Position numbers and translations under genes: made by a program
Source of the DNA: Chiloscyllium plagiosum
Lineage: Eukaryota
NCBI RefSeq assembly: GCF_004010195.1
Contig: NC_057751.1
Location: forward strand, 10,472,589 to 10,533,683
DNA: 61,095 bases
Direction of reading: 5' to 3'
The notes under the pieces: generated by a model
The model's database searches: none
What the model was told of the DNA's origin: nothing
Seen by the model: the letters and a program-made list of their open reading frames with translations, nothing else
Part shown: piece after piece, positions 1 through 15,400 of the stretch
Numbering within the stretch: position 1 is the first letter of the stretch
How the letters are laid out: every line of letters begins with the position of its first letter

Positions 1-436
1 AAAAAAAACTAGGTTAGAATTCTGAATTGAAGCCATACGTGATGCAAGTACACAAGAGACAACATTTTGTACATGGAGAGAAGTAATTTGGATACGTTGC
101 TTGGATCAGCCTCTCATTAATTTTCCTGGAAATAAAAAACTTGTTCTTTCCTTTCTAATGTTTTGATCCAATTCATATTTCTCTATTTTGTTCTTGACAT
201 TTTTAATTTGCCAAATGGTTTTTGCACCTCATCCAATCAGCAAAGTAATCCTCTTTCCAACACTTGGCCTGAATTCTGGAGGCAACTTGATGTCCATCCC
301 ACTAAACTCTGAACATAACTCCAAGCTGGTCAGATAGTTGCAACTTACAGTTTAGGACAAGGATTGCCACATTTGACTGCTGCCACTAAATCTAACCTCA
401 GTTTCAATTCAGTTGTAATTCAATGACAATACTCAC

Positions 437-467
437 TGGTTTCCCAAGTGGAACAGGAGGCTTTGTC
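437..467 (-). CDS. SH2D6-like exon: (V)TKPPVPLGKP
   Basis: tcttttcttgcag/gtgagt; 31 nt, phase 2/0. Confidence 0.78.
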
Positions 468-3400
468 CTGCAAGAAAAGACATGTTTGATTTTGAATGCA
501 GTATTCAGGAGGAATGCAAACATTGAAAATCAGATCTGGCTAAGATTCAAAGCGAACATATCACAGTCTTGACAGAAAACCTTGGTTAACATTTCAGTAC
601 ACTACTGGATTGATGAAGTGGTTCTTCGTATGATATGTTGAAAGAAGACCTATCTGCTCTCTGAGGTGAACATAAAAGATCCCAAAACATCGGTTATGTG
701 TAGAACAATGGAGTCCTGGGCAATATTTTTGCCTCAAACAACATCATTGCTGTCTATGGAACCTTACTGTATGCAATTTAGCTGCCACATGTCTGACATG
801 ACATCAGTAGCTACACTTAAAAAGTAGTTGGCTATAAAGCACTTTATGATATCATGACTTGTGAAAAGGATGACGTAAATATGTGCACTAATTTTGCTTT
901 TTGACTGATGGACTTCACGTACACTGAAGTTGGTAAATTTGCACCACGTGGAGGAATTGATGGTTGCAATCTTGGCTCTGGTAAACTTTTATTTCCATTG
1001 CCTGTGAAGAAAGGTAAGATAGATGAAATGTGTAATATAGAAAAAAAAAGAAACTTCAAGAGTTCCTCTCTCAGCGTGGATAGAAAAATAATCTATCCTA
1101 CCGACAAAGCAGTAAAACAATACAGAACTTATCGTATATGGTTGACCCCAACGTTTGTCCCCTCCTGACTTGAAACAACTGATTCTTTTCCAGCATTTAA
1201 TTCCTTGAGCATGGTGGCAGACAGCAACATGCCAAATGGTCATTGCTCATCCAAGACGAGTAACTAAGCTTTGATGGACATTAAGTGGAGAACCCAGATA
1301 GATCCTGATTTCTATCCCAACTTCATTGGCCTTCAATCATTACCACTGTGACTTTACTTGACTGCACTGGTGGGGAATCATCATCAAGTCTCAACTGATT
1401 TTCATGCTAAATTTTCTTGACCATCCAGTGTGGTCTCCAGTTTCCATCAATATTATGGTAATAAAAGAAAGAAAAGCAGTAGCAAGCATTTGGCCCCTCA
1501 AGCCACTCAGTTAGATCATGGCTGATGTGATTGTTGCCCCATCTTTGCCTCTGTGCCTACTCTCCATAACCATGGATTTGATTTCTTCAGAACTAGAAGT
1601 GTGGAAGAGTCACACGTGATGCAAAACATTGGCTGTGTGTGTCTCACTTCACAGATGCTGCATGACCTGCTGAATTTCTTCAGCATTCTCTGTTCATTAT
1701 GTGAAACCTACTGGGGATCAAAAATCTGTCCAACCACGAATAAATTAAACCACCCAGTCCCTATTGCTGCCTGGTCAGTAAACAATGATTAATTCACTCA
1801 GAGAAGAAATATCCCCTTATCTCTCTCTCTCTCTGTTAATTGGGAGACTCCTTCTTTCAAATCAGTACCCCTTAGGTATTGATACCTCTACTAGGAGCAA
1901 TATTCTCTCAGTATCTCCCCCTTCAATGTTCTATGTTTCAGAAAAACCACTTCTTACAAATGAGAGAGCACACTGACTGAACAATATGGCCTACTCTTAT
2001 AACTCTTATATTCTTTGCTGTCATAACAACATAAAAGTTAGACATTTGTTCATTAGAATTTGGAGGAATGACAGGTGAACTTATTCAAACATAGAGACTA
2101 TGAGGGGTCTGTTCAGGGTAGATGTTCAGAAGATGTTTTGACGAATGGGGAATCTCAAACTAGGAGATGTAGTTACATACACGCATTTGTAAGTGAGATG
2201 TGAAGAAATTTCTCCTTCCAGAGAGTAGTGAATGTCTAAAATTCTCTACCTTGAAGAGTTGTGGGGGCTAGATCACTGAAAATATTTAAAGAGGAAGAAG
2301 ATGCTTTAAGAACTATCAGGGAATCAACTGCAATGCTGAGCTGACACAAAGAGAACTTGAAGCCTGTGGTGTACAGAGCCATGATCTTGTTGAATGTCAG
2401 ACTTGTTGGAGGGCCAAATGACCTATTCTTGCTCCTATTTCTGCATTAAGATCATGTGGAGTAAATGCCTCAAGGCTGGCATCTGTGATGCTGGGGACCT
2501 CAAATGGAGGCTGGATTTTATGATGACTTACTAATTCCTCTGCTGTTACTCGCATGTTAATTGGGAGACTCCTTCTTTCAAATCAGTACCCCTTAGGTAT
2601 TGATACCTCTACTAGGAGCAATATTCTCTCAGTATCTCCCCCTTCAATGTTCTATGTTTCAGAAAAACCACTTCTTACAAATGAGAGAGCACACTGACTG
2701 AACAATATGGCCTACTCTTATAACTCTTATATTCTTTGCTGTCATAACAACATAAAAGTTAGACATTTGTTCATTAGAATTTGGAGGAATGACAGGTGAA
2801 CTTATTCAAACATAGAGACTATGAGGGGTCTGTTCAGGGTAGATGTTCAGAAGATGTTTTGACGAATGGGGAATCTCAAACTAGGAGATGTAGTTACATA
2901 CACGCATTTGTAAGTGAGATGTGAAGAAATTTCTCCTTCCAGAGAGTAGTGAATGTCTAAAATTCTCTACCTTGAAGAGTTGTGGGGGCTAGATCACTGA
3001 AAATATTTAAAGAGGAAGAAAATGCTTTAAGAACTATCAGGGAATCAACTGCAATGCTGAGCTGGCACAAAGAGAACTTGAAGCCTGTGGTGTCCAGAGC
3101 CATGATCTTGTTGAATGTCAGACTTGTTGGAGGGCCAAATGACCTATTCATGCTCCTATTTCTGCATTAAGATCATGTGGAGTAAATGCCTCAAGGCTGG
3201 CATCTGTGATGCTGGGGACCTCAAATGGAGGCTGGATTTTATGATGACTTACTAATTCCTCTGCTGTTACTCGCAATTTCTGACTGTTAGATGAAAGCTA
3301 ACTGGCTCAGTGGTTAGCACTGCTACCTCACAGCACCAGGAACCTGCATTCGATTCCAGCCTCTGTGTGGAAGTTGCAAGTTCTCCTGTGTCTGTGTGGA

Positions 3401-6400
3401 TTTCTTCCGGCTGCTCCAGTTTCCTCCCACAGTCCAAAGAACATAAGAATTAGGAGCAGGAGAAGGCCACTTGGTCCCTTGAGCCTGCCCTGCCATTCAA
3501 TGAGATCATGGCTGACCTTTCCATGGCCTCAACTCCATTTATCTGCCCTCTCACCATAACCCTTAATTCCTTCAGTGTTCAAAAAATTATCTATCTCAGC
3601 TTTAAAAACATTTACTGAGGAAGTCTCAACCACTTCACTGGGCAGGGAATTCCACAGATTCTCAACCCTTTGGGCGAAGAAGTTCATTCTCAATTCAGTC
3701 CTAAATCTACTCCCCTAATTTTGAGGCTATGCCGTCTTGTCCTAGTTTCACTGCCTTTGGAAACATCCTCTCTACTTCTATCTGTTCCCCTCATAATTTT
3801 GTACATTTCTATAAGATCCTCCCTCATTCTTCTAAATTCCAATGAATAAAATCCCAGTCTACTCAGCCTCTCCTCATAAGCCAACACCCTCAATTTTGGA
3901 ATCAACCTAGTGAACCTCCTCTGCATCCCCTTCAGTGCCAGTATATCCTTTCTCAAGTAAGGAGACCTAAACTGCATGCAGTACTCCAGGTGTGGCCTCC
4001 CTGGTACCCTATACAGCTTCAACATAACCTCCCTGCTTTTAAACTTAGTTCCTTTAGCAATGAAGGACAAAATTCAATTTGCCTTTTTAATTACCTATTG
4101 CATCTGCAGATCAACCTTGTGTGATTCATGCATAAGGACACTCAGGTCCCTCTGCACAGCAGCATTCTGCAATTTTTTCTCATTCACATAATAATCCTTT
4201 TTACTGTTTTCCTACCAAAATGGATGACTGCACATTTATGAACATTATACTTCATCTGTCAGTCCTTTGCCCACTCACTTAAACTATCTATGTCCCTTTG
4301 CAAAGTTCCATAGTCCTCTGCACACTTTGCTCTATTACTCATCTTAGTATCATCTGCAAACTTTGACACACTAAACGTGGTCCCCAACTCCAAATCACTT
4401 ATTAAAATTGTGAATAATTGCTGTCTCAACACTGATCCCTGAGGCACACCATTTGTCACTGATTGCCAACCAGAAAAGCACTCATTTATCGCCACTCTTT
4501 GCTTCCTGTTAGTTAACCAATCCTCGATCCATGCTAACACATTGCCCATAACACCATGCATATTTATCTTATGCAGCAGCCTTTTGTGTGGCACCTTGTT
4601 GAATGACTTTTGGAAATCCAAATACACCACATCTACTGCGTCCACCGTTGTCCACCATGCTCATAATTTCTTCGTAGAATTCCAGAAGATAAGTTAAGCA
4701 TAACCTGCCCTTCACGAACCCATACTGTGTCTGCCCAACAGGACAATTTCTAACAAGATGCCTTGTTCTTTCTTCCTTGATAATAAAGGCTCAAGCATTT
4801 TCCCCACTACAGAAGTTAAGCTAACCAGTCTATAGTTCACTATCTTTTGTCTACCTCCTTTTTAAAACAGTGGCTTCACATTTGCTGTTTTCCAATTTGT
4901 GTGAGTCCAGTGAATTTTGGAAAATTACCATTTGCTATTTCTCCTGCCATCTCCTTTAGTAGCCTAGGATGCATTTCATCAAGGCCAGGAGCCTTGCCTA
5001 CCCTTAGCTCCATGCGCTTGCCCAACACTACCACTTTGTGATAATGATTGTTTCCAGGTCCTTTCCTACCTCCATATTCATGTCAATTACTGGCATGTTA
5101 TGTCTTCCACTGTGAAAACTGACACAAAATACCTATTCAGTGCCTTGGCCATTACCTCATATCCAACTATTAAATCCCCCTTCTCATCCTCTAAAGGACC
5201 AACTTGACCTCAGCCACTCTTTTTCAGTTTATATATTTATAGAAACATTTGCTCACTGTCTTTATATTCTGAGCTAATTTATTCTCATAATCCATCTTAC
5301 GTTTCTTTATAGCTTTTTTGTGGCTTTCTTGTTGACCTTTAAAGCTTTCCCAAACTTCTAGTTTTCTGCTGATCTCGGCCACCTTGCATGCCTTCTCTTT
5401 CAATTTAATTGCCTCCTTTATTTCCTTAGACATCCAGGGCAGATTACCCCTTTTCCTTTGCACTGGTATATACTTCTGCTGACCACTTTAAGATATTGCT
5501 GTGAAAGTCCTTCACTGTTCATCAACTGTCCCACCATAAAGTCTTTGCTTCCAGTCTACTTCAGCCAACTCCTCTCTCATCCTATTGTTGTCTCCTTTGT
5601 TTAGCACAGGACCTTGGAATTGGATTTTATTTTTGTACTTACCATCTGTGTTCTAAACTGAACCATACTGTGATCGCTCCTTCCAAGAGGATCCCTAACT
5701 ATGACATCATTAATTATTTCTGTATCATTACACAGGACCAGGTCTCGGAAAGCTTCCATTTCATATTGTTCAACAAAACTATAGTGGATACATTCAATGA
5801 ACTACTCGTCAAGGCTACCCTGACTGACCTGGTTTGACCAATCAATACATTGATTAAAATCCCAGTACCATTTCTATAGGCATTAGATATTTCTTTACTT
5901 ATTGTCCCCCATAATGTGATATTATTATTTGGCGGCCTATAGACTATGCCTGTCAGTGACTTTTCTTAGAATTTATAATTTACACCCTTATGGAATCATA
6001 AATATTCTCCAGAGAATCTATATTATTTCTCATCACTGCTCTGATGTTGTCTTTAAATGTTAGAGTGTCACCACCTCCCTTACCTCCCTGACAGTCCTTC
6101 TGAATAGTCTTGATATTCCTGGATATTTAACTGCCAGTCGTGACCATCTTGCAATGATGTCTTCATAATGGCTACTAAATCATACCCATTCGTGATGATT
6201 TGCAGTTTTGATGGACTGGTCGTGCTAAATTCCCCCATAGTGTCCAGGAATGTGTCAGCGAGGTGGATTAGCTATGGGACATGGAGTGTTATAGGGATAA
6301 ATTAGGTGGTGGGTCTGGATGGGATACTCTTTACAGGGCAGTGTGGACGTGATGGGCCAAATGGCCTGCTCCCATACTGTAGGGATTCTATTCTTTGATT

Positions 6401-9400
6401 CTAACTGGTCTATGGGTTCATGTTTTGTGTTCCCTTCCTTTCTTCAGTTGATGGGTTATGAATGTAACATTCATCCTCCCATACTTGACAGCTGACATCT
6501 TTGAGACCATTGGGAAACATGCTCGTAGCTGGTTTTCAAATGCACACATCAACAAGGGGAGACAGCTTGAAGAAAGGTTTTGTGTGGATTTTGCTAACTC
6601 CAACCACAGTTATAAAGAAAGTGGATTGAGGTATACTTACTCTCTTTGCAGTCAAACTCCAAGTATTCACCATCAGTGATATCCTATGCAGAATAGAGAG
6701 CACTCAGTAACAGATAAGTATAAGACACTGAGTTGCCATCAGTTTAAAAACACAAAAAAATGCTAGTGTACCTCCAAATCCAATTGAGTTTGTCTGTGGG
6801 TACGTGGAGGAAGAACTGGGGGAATATCTTCAACAGGTTTGTTCATTGCAGGACCTAAGAGAACAGAACATGACATATGCAAGAATTCCAATTTTCTGCA
6901 GCATTAAACAGGATCTTTTGAACTAAGATGAGTTCACCTTAAATGAGTTTGCCCTTTGCCTTTCACTGATTAGCGGCATTTTGTAGCCCATTGTAGTTCA
7001 GTTTCAATCTTCATTTTGACTAATTTTATTCCTTTCAATTGGGAGCAGCATTGGGACCCTTCAGTTCATCTCAAGTATTGTTGAATTAAGAAGGGGAACA
7101 ATTAACTGATGGTTTTGCTCCAAATTACTGGATGCAGCCTTGCTGAAAAGTGTATTTATGCAGATGTTGAAGAGCAGAGTATCGTACTCACTTGTGATAC
7201 TATCTGCAGGAGACATATTGAGGGAAAGTTTTGCACAATTTGTTCTTTGGTGGGAGCATCAAAACCCTGTTACTGTATTTTGGCCATGGGCTATTATAAT
7301 ATTCAACTACTTTCACTTTCGACTTACCCCACTATGAACTTAACCTTGATCCCACCGTTCAAGTTCATACCCAAAAGTAGTTCAGGAAGTCTGCGGGTCA
7401 CTTACAGCTAAGCAGTGCATTCGGTTTTGATGAGGTTATCCATTTTGACCCAAAAAAAGACTACTTTCTAAATGATATTAAATTAAATACTGTGGATGTA
7501 CAAACAGACTTTGGGGTTTAGCTGCATGGATATTTAAATGGCACAAACTGATTGAGAAAATAATTAAGAAGGCTAATGGAATGTTGGCCTTTATATCTGA
7601 AAGATTGGAGTATAAAGATGCAAAGATTATACTGCAGGTGTACAAAACTCTGGTTAGACTTCATGGAGGGTACTATGAACAGACCTGGACACCACACCTA
7701 AGGATATATTGGCGTACAATGTCAGTTGTACAATGGGAGTACAATGTCAGTTGACAAGAATGATATTTGGACTTCTGGGGTTAATTTATGCAAAGAGATA
7801 AAAGAAATTAGGCCTGTTATCTCTTGAACTCAGAAGGGTAAGGTGTGATCTGATGGACATTTTCAAGATAGGAAAAGACAGGGTAGATAAAGATAAACTA
7901 TTTGGAGATTCAAGAACATCATCTGAGAATTAGGGACTACTGTTAAGAGGCACTTTAGGAAACACTTCTGCACACAAAGGATGCTGGATATTTGGAACTC
8001 TCTTCCATAAATGGTAGAGGATGCTGGATCAATTGTGAATTACAAATCTAAGCTTTTTTTTTATTGTGAAGCAAAGGTATTTAGGGATATGGGCCAAAGG
8101 CAGGATTTAAGGCACAGTTGAGCCATGATCTCATTGAATAGTGGAATGGTCTCGAGGGGCTGAATGGCCTACTCCTGCTCCCATGTTCTGATACATACAG
8201 TGAAGGGAAACCTGAAAGAAGACAGTCGCAGACTTCTATCATGCAGGCAGGAGAACTCTTGTTGCTCCAGATTGTTAATGAGTTGACCACAATGGCACTT
8301 AACTTAGTGGCCAGTTAAAATATTATTGAGGTACTTAGGGCAGCTTAGCACCCTGATTTGCATGTTTTAATGAGGCACTGGTCAGGTGAGTATCGAGGCA
8401 ACTTTTTTATTAGATTAGATTCCCTACAGTGTGGAAACAGGCCCTTCAGCCCAACCAGTCCACACCGACTCTCCGAAGAGTAACCCACGCAGACCCATTT
8501 CCCTCTGACTAACATACCTAACACTATGGGCAATTTAACATGGCCAATTCACCTGACCTGCACATCTTTGGACTGTGGGAGGAAATTGGAGCACCCAGTG
8601 GAAACCCACGCAGGCACGAGGAGAAATTCCAGACAGTCGCCCAAGGCTGGAATTGAACCTGGGACCCTGGTGCTGTGAGGCAGCAGTGGAAACCACTGAG
8701 CCACCATGCTGCCCCAACTGAGCCACCGTGCCGCCCCCACTGAGCCACCGTGCCACTTGTGACGTGGACCCAGTTCAAGTATTAGTTTTTTTATTTGTTT
8801 ACGGAATATGGGCATCATTGGCTAGGTTAATAAGGTTGGAAGTCCTTGTTCATGTTGCAAATGTGTTGGTGAGCTGATGTTGTGAACTGCTGCATTCTGT
8901 GTGCTGTAGGTAGACCCACAATGTCAATTGGGGAATCAGAAGGGGAATTACTCACAGTAGAATTCCTAGTCTCTAACTTGCTCTCAGTAGCCATTTTATT
9001 TATATGGTGAGTCCAGTTTCATTCATGGCAGCAACAAAATGATGAGTTTTCAGGCATTATTTTAACCCATTTTTATTCCAAGGAAACCCTGCAACTAGGT
9101 ACTGGAGACTTCTTGAACTTTTGACCCTTGCTCAGCTTTCTCCCTTCTCTTAAGACAATAGTATATACAAATAATAAATGACCTTTGTGAGTGGTGTGAG
9201 CGACACATAGATCATGCATCCTGGCAGGATCACTTTCTGATTTCATGTTCTGGACCTGCACAAGAAAATGTAAAAAATTGGAGTTCATGACTGCTCATAA
9301 GTGAACATATCAGTATTTATATAATAAAACAAATATGGAATTTTAGACAAACTGTTTTAATCTGATGGCACAAGAATGTACTGCCACTTGGAGTGATACT

Positions 9401-12400
9401 GCACTTTGACACATTTAAAGGAAACAGAAATATAGAGGAATTTGGGTTGGATGGGAAGAGGTAATCAGCACGAAATATGAGAATACTGTGAATAGTTTTG
9501 GTCCACTCATCAAAGGAAACTTTTCCAGGTATTGGAAGCTGACTGGAGGTTCACTTGGTTGATCCTGATTTGGCAGGACTTTCTTATAAGGTTGAGTAAG
9601 TAAGGCCTTTCCCCACTGGAGATTAGATAAAAGAGGGGTGACCTTTTCAAAACATATAGGATTCTTAGAGGACGTAACAGAGTTGATGTGGAGAGGTTGT
9701 TTTCCTTTGGTGGAGAGTCTTGGATCAGACGGCATATAAATTCTTTACTGCAGAGGGCTGTAGAAACTGTCTCAAGACTGAGACAGACAAAATTTTAATC
9801 AGTCAGTCAATCAATGGGGAAAAGGCAGGAAAGTAGGAAAGTGGACTTAAGGATTATTAGATCAGTCCCGATAATCATGTTTAGCTCTCCAACTCTCTGA
9901 GATGGAATGTCCCTTTGCATCGTGCCTCTTGAGGATCCCAAATTTTCAGTGTATGTCTTTGGCAGCCATGCCTTTCACAGCTAAGGCCCTTCACTCTTGA
10001 ATTTTCTCTGAAACCTCTCCATCTCCTGAGATCCCACCTTTCTGACCAACCTCTCCCAATAGCTTTTTAATTTGAACCTATGTTTAATTTTCTTTGATCA
10101 GCATTCCTATTAAACATTTGGAATATTTTACTTTGTTAAAGTGTCATAGAAATGGGAAATGTAGTTGTTAGTGAGCTGAATGGAATTAAGACTATTTAGT
10201 AATGTCATTGCTGATTGGTAATCACTGCAAAATATGTAGGTGGAGATTTGGGAGAGAACTGGATTAGGTTCAGATTTGAAACATGGTGCATAGCCTTCAA
10301 ATAGTTTCTGTGCAGCGTGAGGTGAAAGTTAATCAACTAATTGGAAACCAGAAATATCTTGGCTGATATGAACCTGTGCCCAGCAAAAGAATTTACCAAC
10401 AGGATAAAGTGATTTGATAAAGCTGAGTGTATAAAACTGGCAGAGTACTAATTGAAGCCAGAGTTGCTAATATTCCTGTCAGTGGACCCATTGTGGAGAA
10501 TGAAAGATAGACGCAACATGTGATTGAACAGATGGTGAGCAATACAAGAGAACAAATATGACAGGAATCACCAAGATCACTGGTTTCTTTATATTTTTGT
10601 AACTGAAAGATACTATGGTAATTTTTTCTGCATCTCTAATACCCTGTCTCATACCACACAGAATAGGTATTGGCAAAAAGCAGAGAAATATATGACTCCA
10701 GAAGGCAACAACTTCCAGTGATATAGTAGTTGGAAGTCCATGGCAAATTTGTTGGTTGGGGCCATTTAATTAAGAGGCAGGGATGTAATTAAGGATTCTT
10801 TGGCCTTCTAAGCTTCATACTTGTGGAGCCGATTAATAAAGGGATCCAATGCAGCCAATTCCCAAATGAAAGTCTTTGTTTGGACCATAAGATCAGTTTT
10901 GAGGGGAGGAGTTGTTTTGTCACAGTCTCCAACAGTGCCATCCAATTTAATGCTTTGTGTGCCTGCCAGCTGACATTTGGGGTTAGTGTGTATAAGATTC
11001 TGGCCACAGTCTCCGAAGATGCAAAGAAATGCTGTTTCAACATACCTTTGGGAGATATACAGGTTGTCTCATTCCTGGTTTGGGTGAGGATGCTGAAGGC
11101 TTGGTTTGTCTTTCTGAAACAATAAATGTTTTCCAATGACTAGAGGAATCTTTCAAGTGAATAGAGTGATGTTCAGGAAGCTGAGCATATGGTAAAATTT
11201 TGTCAAAACATAACCTCTTTATAGATATTATTTTTCTAAATTTGATTGCTGTCAAATGGCTGATTGTGCCTCACACTGCTTTCATTGTGGCATGTATGTG
11301 TGCATCAGTCAACATGTGACTGACTAGTTGTGTTCAATGGCAGCCTGGAATGTAAGGGACAGATTTGCAACATTTTACTTTGAGCAGCGATTGTTATATA
11401 CACTGCATTGATCGAATTACTGTGGCCTGTGTTCTCTGTGGGCAAGTCTCTGTATGAAGTAAAAATATAAAGTCAAGAATTTTCCAAAAATAACTGGAAT
11501 TCTGGAAAATTGTGATAAAAAAAACACAGGCAAATAAGTTTGGATGTGAGTAAAATTCAACCCATACATGCTCAGAATGTGGGCTTGAATCTGAGTACAG
11601 TGGGGTTTTGCTGAGAGACAGACTGTTAGTTATTGATAAATGGATGTGGGGTTATGGGCAACAGCCATTTTCTTCTGCCTGAAGCCCTTTCCCATCTCCT
11701 CCTCAACAACTTGCTCTCTTCTCATCTTTGCAGTCTCTATGAAACTTGGTGATGGCCAAAATGTTTTTAAAGTTGAAATTTGTCTCCAAATTTTCAATTC
11801 TTCTGTGAAGAACATTTGAGTCGCAGGGAAGTGGAAACGGTGGATTGGGTCAACCCAGGTTGGTGGATGTGCCCATGCAATAACAGGCCACTATGGAGTA
11901 ATTTTTAGCATTTGGGACAAGGTCTCTTAGAACATGGAAGGTGGAAGTACAGCACGGGAATGGGCTGTTTGGCCCATGATGTTATGCTGAACATGATGCC
12001 AAATGAAACTGATCCCTTCTGCCTGCCCTTGGTCCATATCTCTCCATTCCTTGCATATTCATGTGCTTATCTAAAAGTCCCTTAAACCCCTTATTGTATC
12101 TGTCTCCACCACCACTCCTGGCAGCACGTTCCATACTCCTACCACTCTCTGTGCAAAAATCTTGCCCCTCACATCTCATTTAAGCTTTCCCCCTCTCACC
12201 TGATATGCATGTTCCCTGGAATGAGATATTTCAATTCAGGGGGAAAATAATTCTGTCAACCCTATCTATGACAGGTAACTGGCACAGTGGCATTGTGGTT
12301 AGCACTGCTGCTTTATAGCACCAGGGACCGTTCCCTTCTAAAAACTTAACAAGAGCTGGGCAGCCAATGCACAGCGTGCTGATGGCACCGAAATCCCAAG

Positions 12401-15400
12401 AATAAATTTTAATTACTTGGGGTGAGATCTGAATTTTGGCCATTAGTGAGCAAGATATCTGCTGTAATCTGTGCTGAGTCGAGAAAAGGGAGTTGTGGGC
12501 ACCCTTTCCCCACACAGCTGTATGCTGTCCATTTAAAAAAAAATCTACAGCCTGGACCTCAATCCACAGCAATCTAACAGTGTTAGAAATATTGGGGTAA
12601 CTTTATCTTGAGCACAAGCTTGATCACATTGAGGTGCAGTTTTTCAGCTTTACCTATGTAGTAATTATTGGTCGGTTCAATTGTAGTAACAGCTCTCAGG
12701 GGTCGTTCACTTGGAGGTGGTTCATAGGTTTCCTCATTCTCAGATCCACTGTCCTGCAATGAAGTACACCACAGTCCTGAGTCGTGTTTCTTTTCATTTG
12801 ACCACAGCAAAATTCTAGTGCAATCATTCCACAGAAAGGCAAAAGGCTCTTGATGAAAATTGTCCAAAAAACAGCATCTGCAACAGTTCAGTGCTCCCTC
12901 ATAGAACCTCTGCAGTGTGGAAGCAGGCCATTCAGCTCATTAATTTTACCCCAACACTCTGAAGACCCAATCCCGACCCTAATCCCACATTTCCCCATGG
13001 CTAATCCACCTAGCCTGCACATCCTTGGACACTAGGGGCAATTTAGCATGGCCAATCTACCTTATCTGCACATAGAGTCAAAGAGATGTACAGCACAAAA
13101 ACAGACCCTTCGGACCAACTTGTCCATTCCATCCAGATATCCCAACTTAAAGTGCCAACCCAGATTAATGCTCAAGTTTCTTGACATGAACTTGAGTCTT
13201 CAGATTCAGAGGTAACCATAATATGCAGTTGAACTCAACGGAAACAGTAACTGAACTATCCCAGATTCATGTAAGGTGAAAAGAAAGATGCAATGTTAAA
13301 TAGACTGACCCCATCCTCATCACAATGTTCTGTCTCACGAGGGTAGAATGCTGGAAGTGAAGTATTGCTATTCCTGGAGTTGTCACACAAGTTAAATATT
13401 TTAGAAAGTACTTTATCTGTCTTTTTGACCCATGTTGACAAAAAGCTCTTCTTTTTAAAGAAATAGTTTCTAGCTACAGATAAACAATTTTGAACTTTCG
13501 GCACATAAGTCTAACTCATTGACATTCCTTATCCCCTTATTAACTCCCCCTTCCACACCCAACCACTGAGATAGGGAAAAAAGAAAGTTGGGTATTAAGG
13601 GCACAGAGAAAATTTGGAAAGCATTTCAGTGGCCTTTGTTCACAGGATCTGCTGGAAAGGTTCTTCATTAAGGCAGAATGCTGCTTCTCAGACTTCCTTC
13701 TCTGAAAGTCTCCACTGATTTGCTGGAAGCGCAGGGACTGGTTCACACTTGAAAAAGATCTCTGATGTATTAATTAAAAGTCACTGCCTACATAAAGTTC
13801 TGGAGATTAAACAAGTTGGTTTTCTCCGGGCTTAAAGTAGCTTTTACTGCAGAGAGCAGAGAGAGCTGTTCAGCTGGTGGAATTGTGAAGATTTTTCTGT
13901 ATCTTCTTCATAGCCTCAAGCTGTTCAGCAAACTGGGAACCAACCACATAATTGTTGGCAGGCAGAACGACCTTGTTATTGATAACTGGACACTTGTCCA
14001 CAGTCTTTTAACTCCATCTCTTCTACAAACTACACTTCAACCACTGCTGGAACCAGTAGCTGTGCAAACAGGGTTTACAATAAGTGTCAGATTACTTGCT
14101 TTCAAATCACGCAGTCATCTTCCAGCAATCTTTGGTTTTAAAACAGTAATTTTGTGATTTCAGTCTGCAATCAAAAATACAGAAAAATAAAAAGGCACAG
14201 TCTTTATGATAAGGCAACAAGAAAATGACAAGCCAAAATGGGACTTCTACTCAGAATAAACAGAAGCTATCAATGGGATTTGAAAGGCCTATCCAAGTAC
14301 CTTGCCTCTACAAAGTAAAATTTAATAAATGTCACAATGACCAGTTCGACCTTCTAACCCCCAACGCAAATGGCCATGTTGAGAGGGAAACCTACTCAGC
14401 ATCAGCAACCTCCAGCCACTACTTCTGAAATATAATTACTTTCCTGAGACTACCCGGCATATCCTGTCACTCCAACCTTGATTTTTTTCCACTATTCCTT
14501 CTCTTTCCTCGACATCTCTTTTCCTCGACTTTCTTTCTTCTCTATCCCTCTGTTCTTTTATCATAAATACCTTACCCCCAAAAAGCATCCTATAATCTCA
14601 GTGTTCTCCCTTATTTTGCTCTACCCCCTTTGTTCTTCCTGCTGTTTCCTCCTCTCCCCTGTACATGTCATGTTGTCCATCCACTCCCCCCATATTTTCC
14701 CTTTTTCCTCTCCCTTATAATGCCTCAGTTTTACTTGTTTTTTTAAAAGTTCCTTCATGTCTTAGCCCTTCCCTTTCTTTGCCATCTCCTCCTGCCATAC
14801 AATACTCTAGATACTGACACTAGTCTGATTCCAGCCTCTTCAATACCCTGGGTTTAAGTGCTCCATCATTGGTGGATGTTGTTTCAGTTGCCTCATCCCT
14901 AAATTCCACAATTCCCTCCCCCCTCTCTATCCTGGTTTCTTCCTGAAAACATTGGAAAACTTTTACCAAGCTTTTGGCTATTTTCCCTAAAATCTCTTTC
15001 TAAGGTCTGGTATCATATTTATTTTTATTCTGTTTTACAGTGTCTTTGTGATTCTGTTGTGATATTTTATTGCACAAGTTCTTGTTGCTAGATGTGACTC
15101 TGCAGAGAAGGTCACTTAATAATTCTACAAAATATGAAGTGTCATTTTGTAGCAATTATACGCAAATAGCAAGCAAATAAATCTATTTCTGTGTATTTCT
15201 TGCATTTTCTTCAGAAAGTCCAAAGTCATTTACGATTTGGTGATGCCGGTGTTGAACTGGGGTGTACAAAGTTAAAAATCACACAACACCAGGTTATAGT
15301 CCAACTGGTTTAATTGGAAGCATACGAGCTTTTGGAGCACTGCTCCTTCATCAGGTGGTTGTGGAGGACACAAGTGTAAGGCACAGTTTTTACAGCAAAA

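Noticed and set aside
1..436. Further adaptor exons near the left edge (acceptors near 125 and 308, donor near 348)
   Set aside because: No candidate gave a convincing phase-0 open frame with both splice sites.
8199..8211. 13-nt micro-exon candidate (ttctttcag GTTTCCCTTCACT gtatgt, minus strand)
   Set aside because: Good splice sites, but inclusion would shift the adaptor reading frame; unsupported without RNA data.
11421..11449. 29-nt exon candidate, minus strand
   Set aside because: Breaks phase between exons 12654 and 11113, which already join in frame.
13540..14165. Possible exon behind a strong acceptor at about 14164 (minus strand)
   Set aside because: Stops follow soon after in the frames checked; more likely an old repeat or non-coding sequence.
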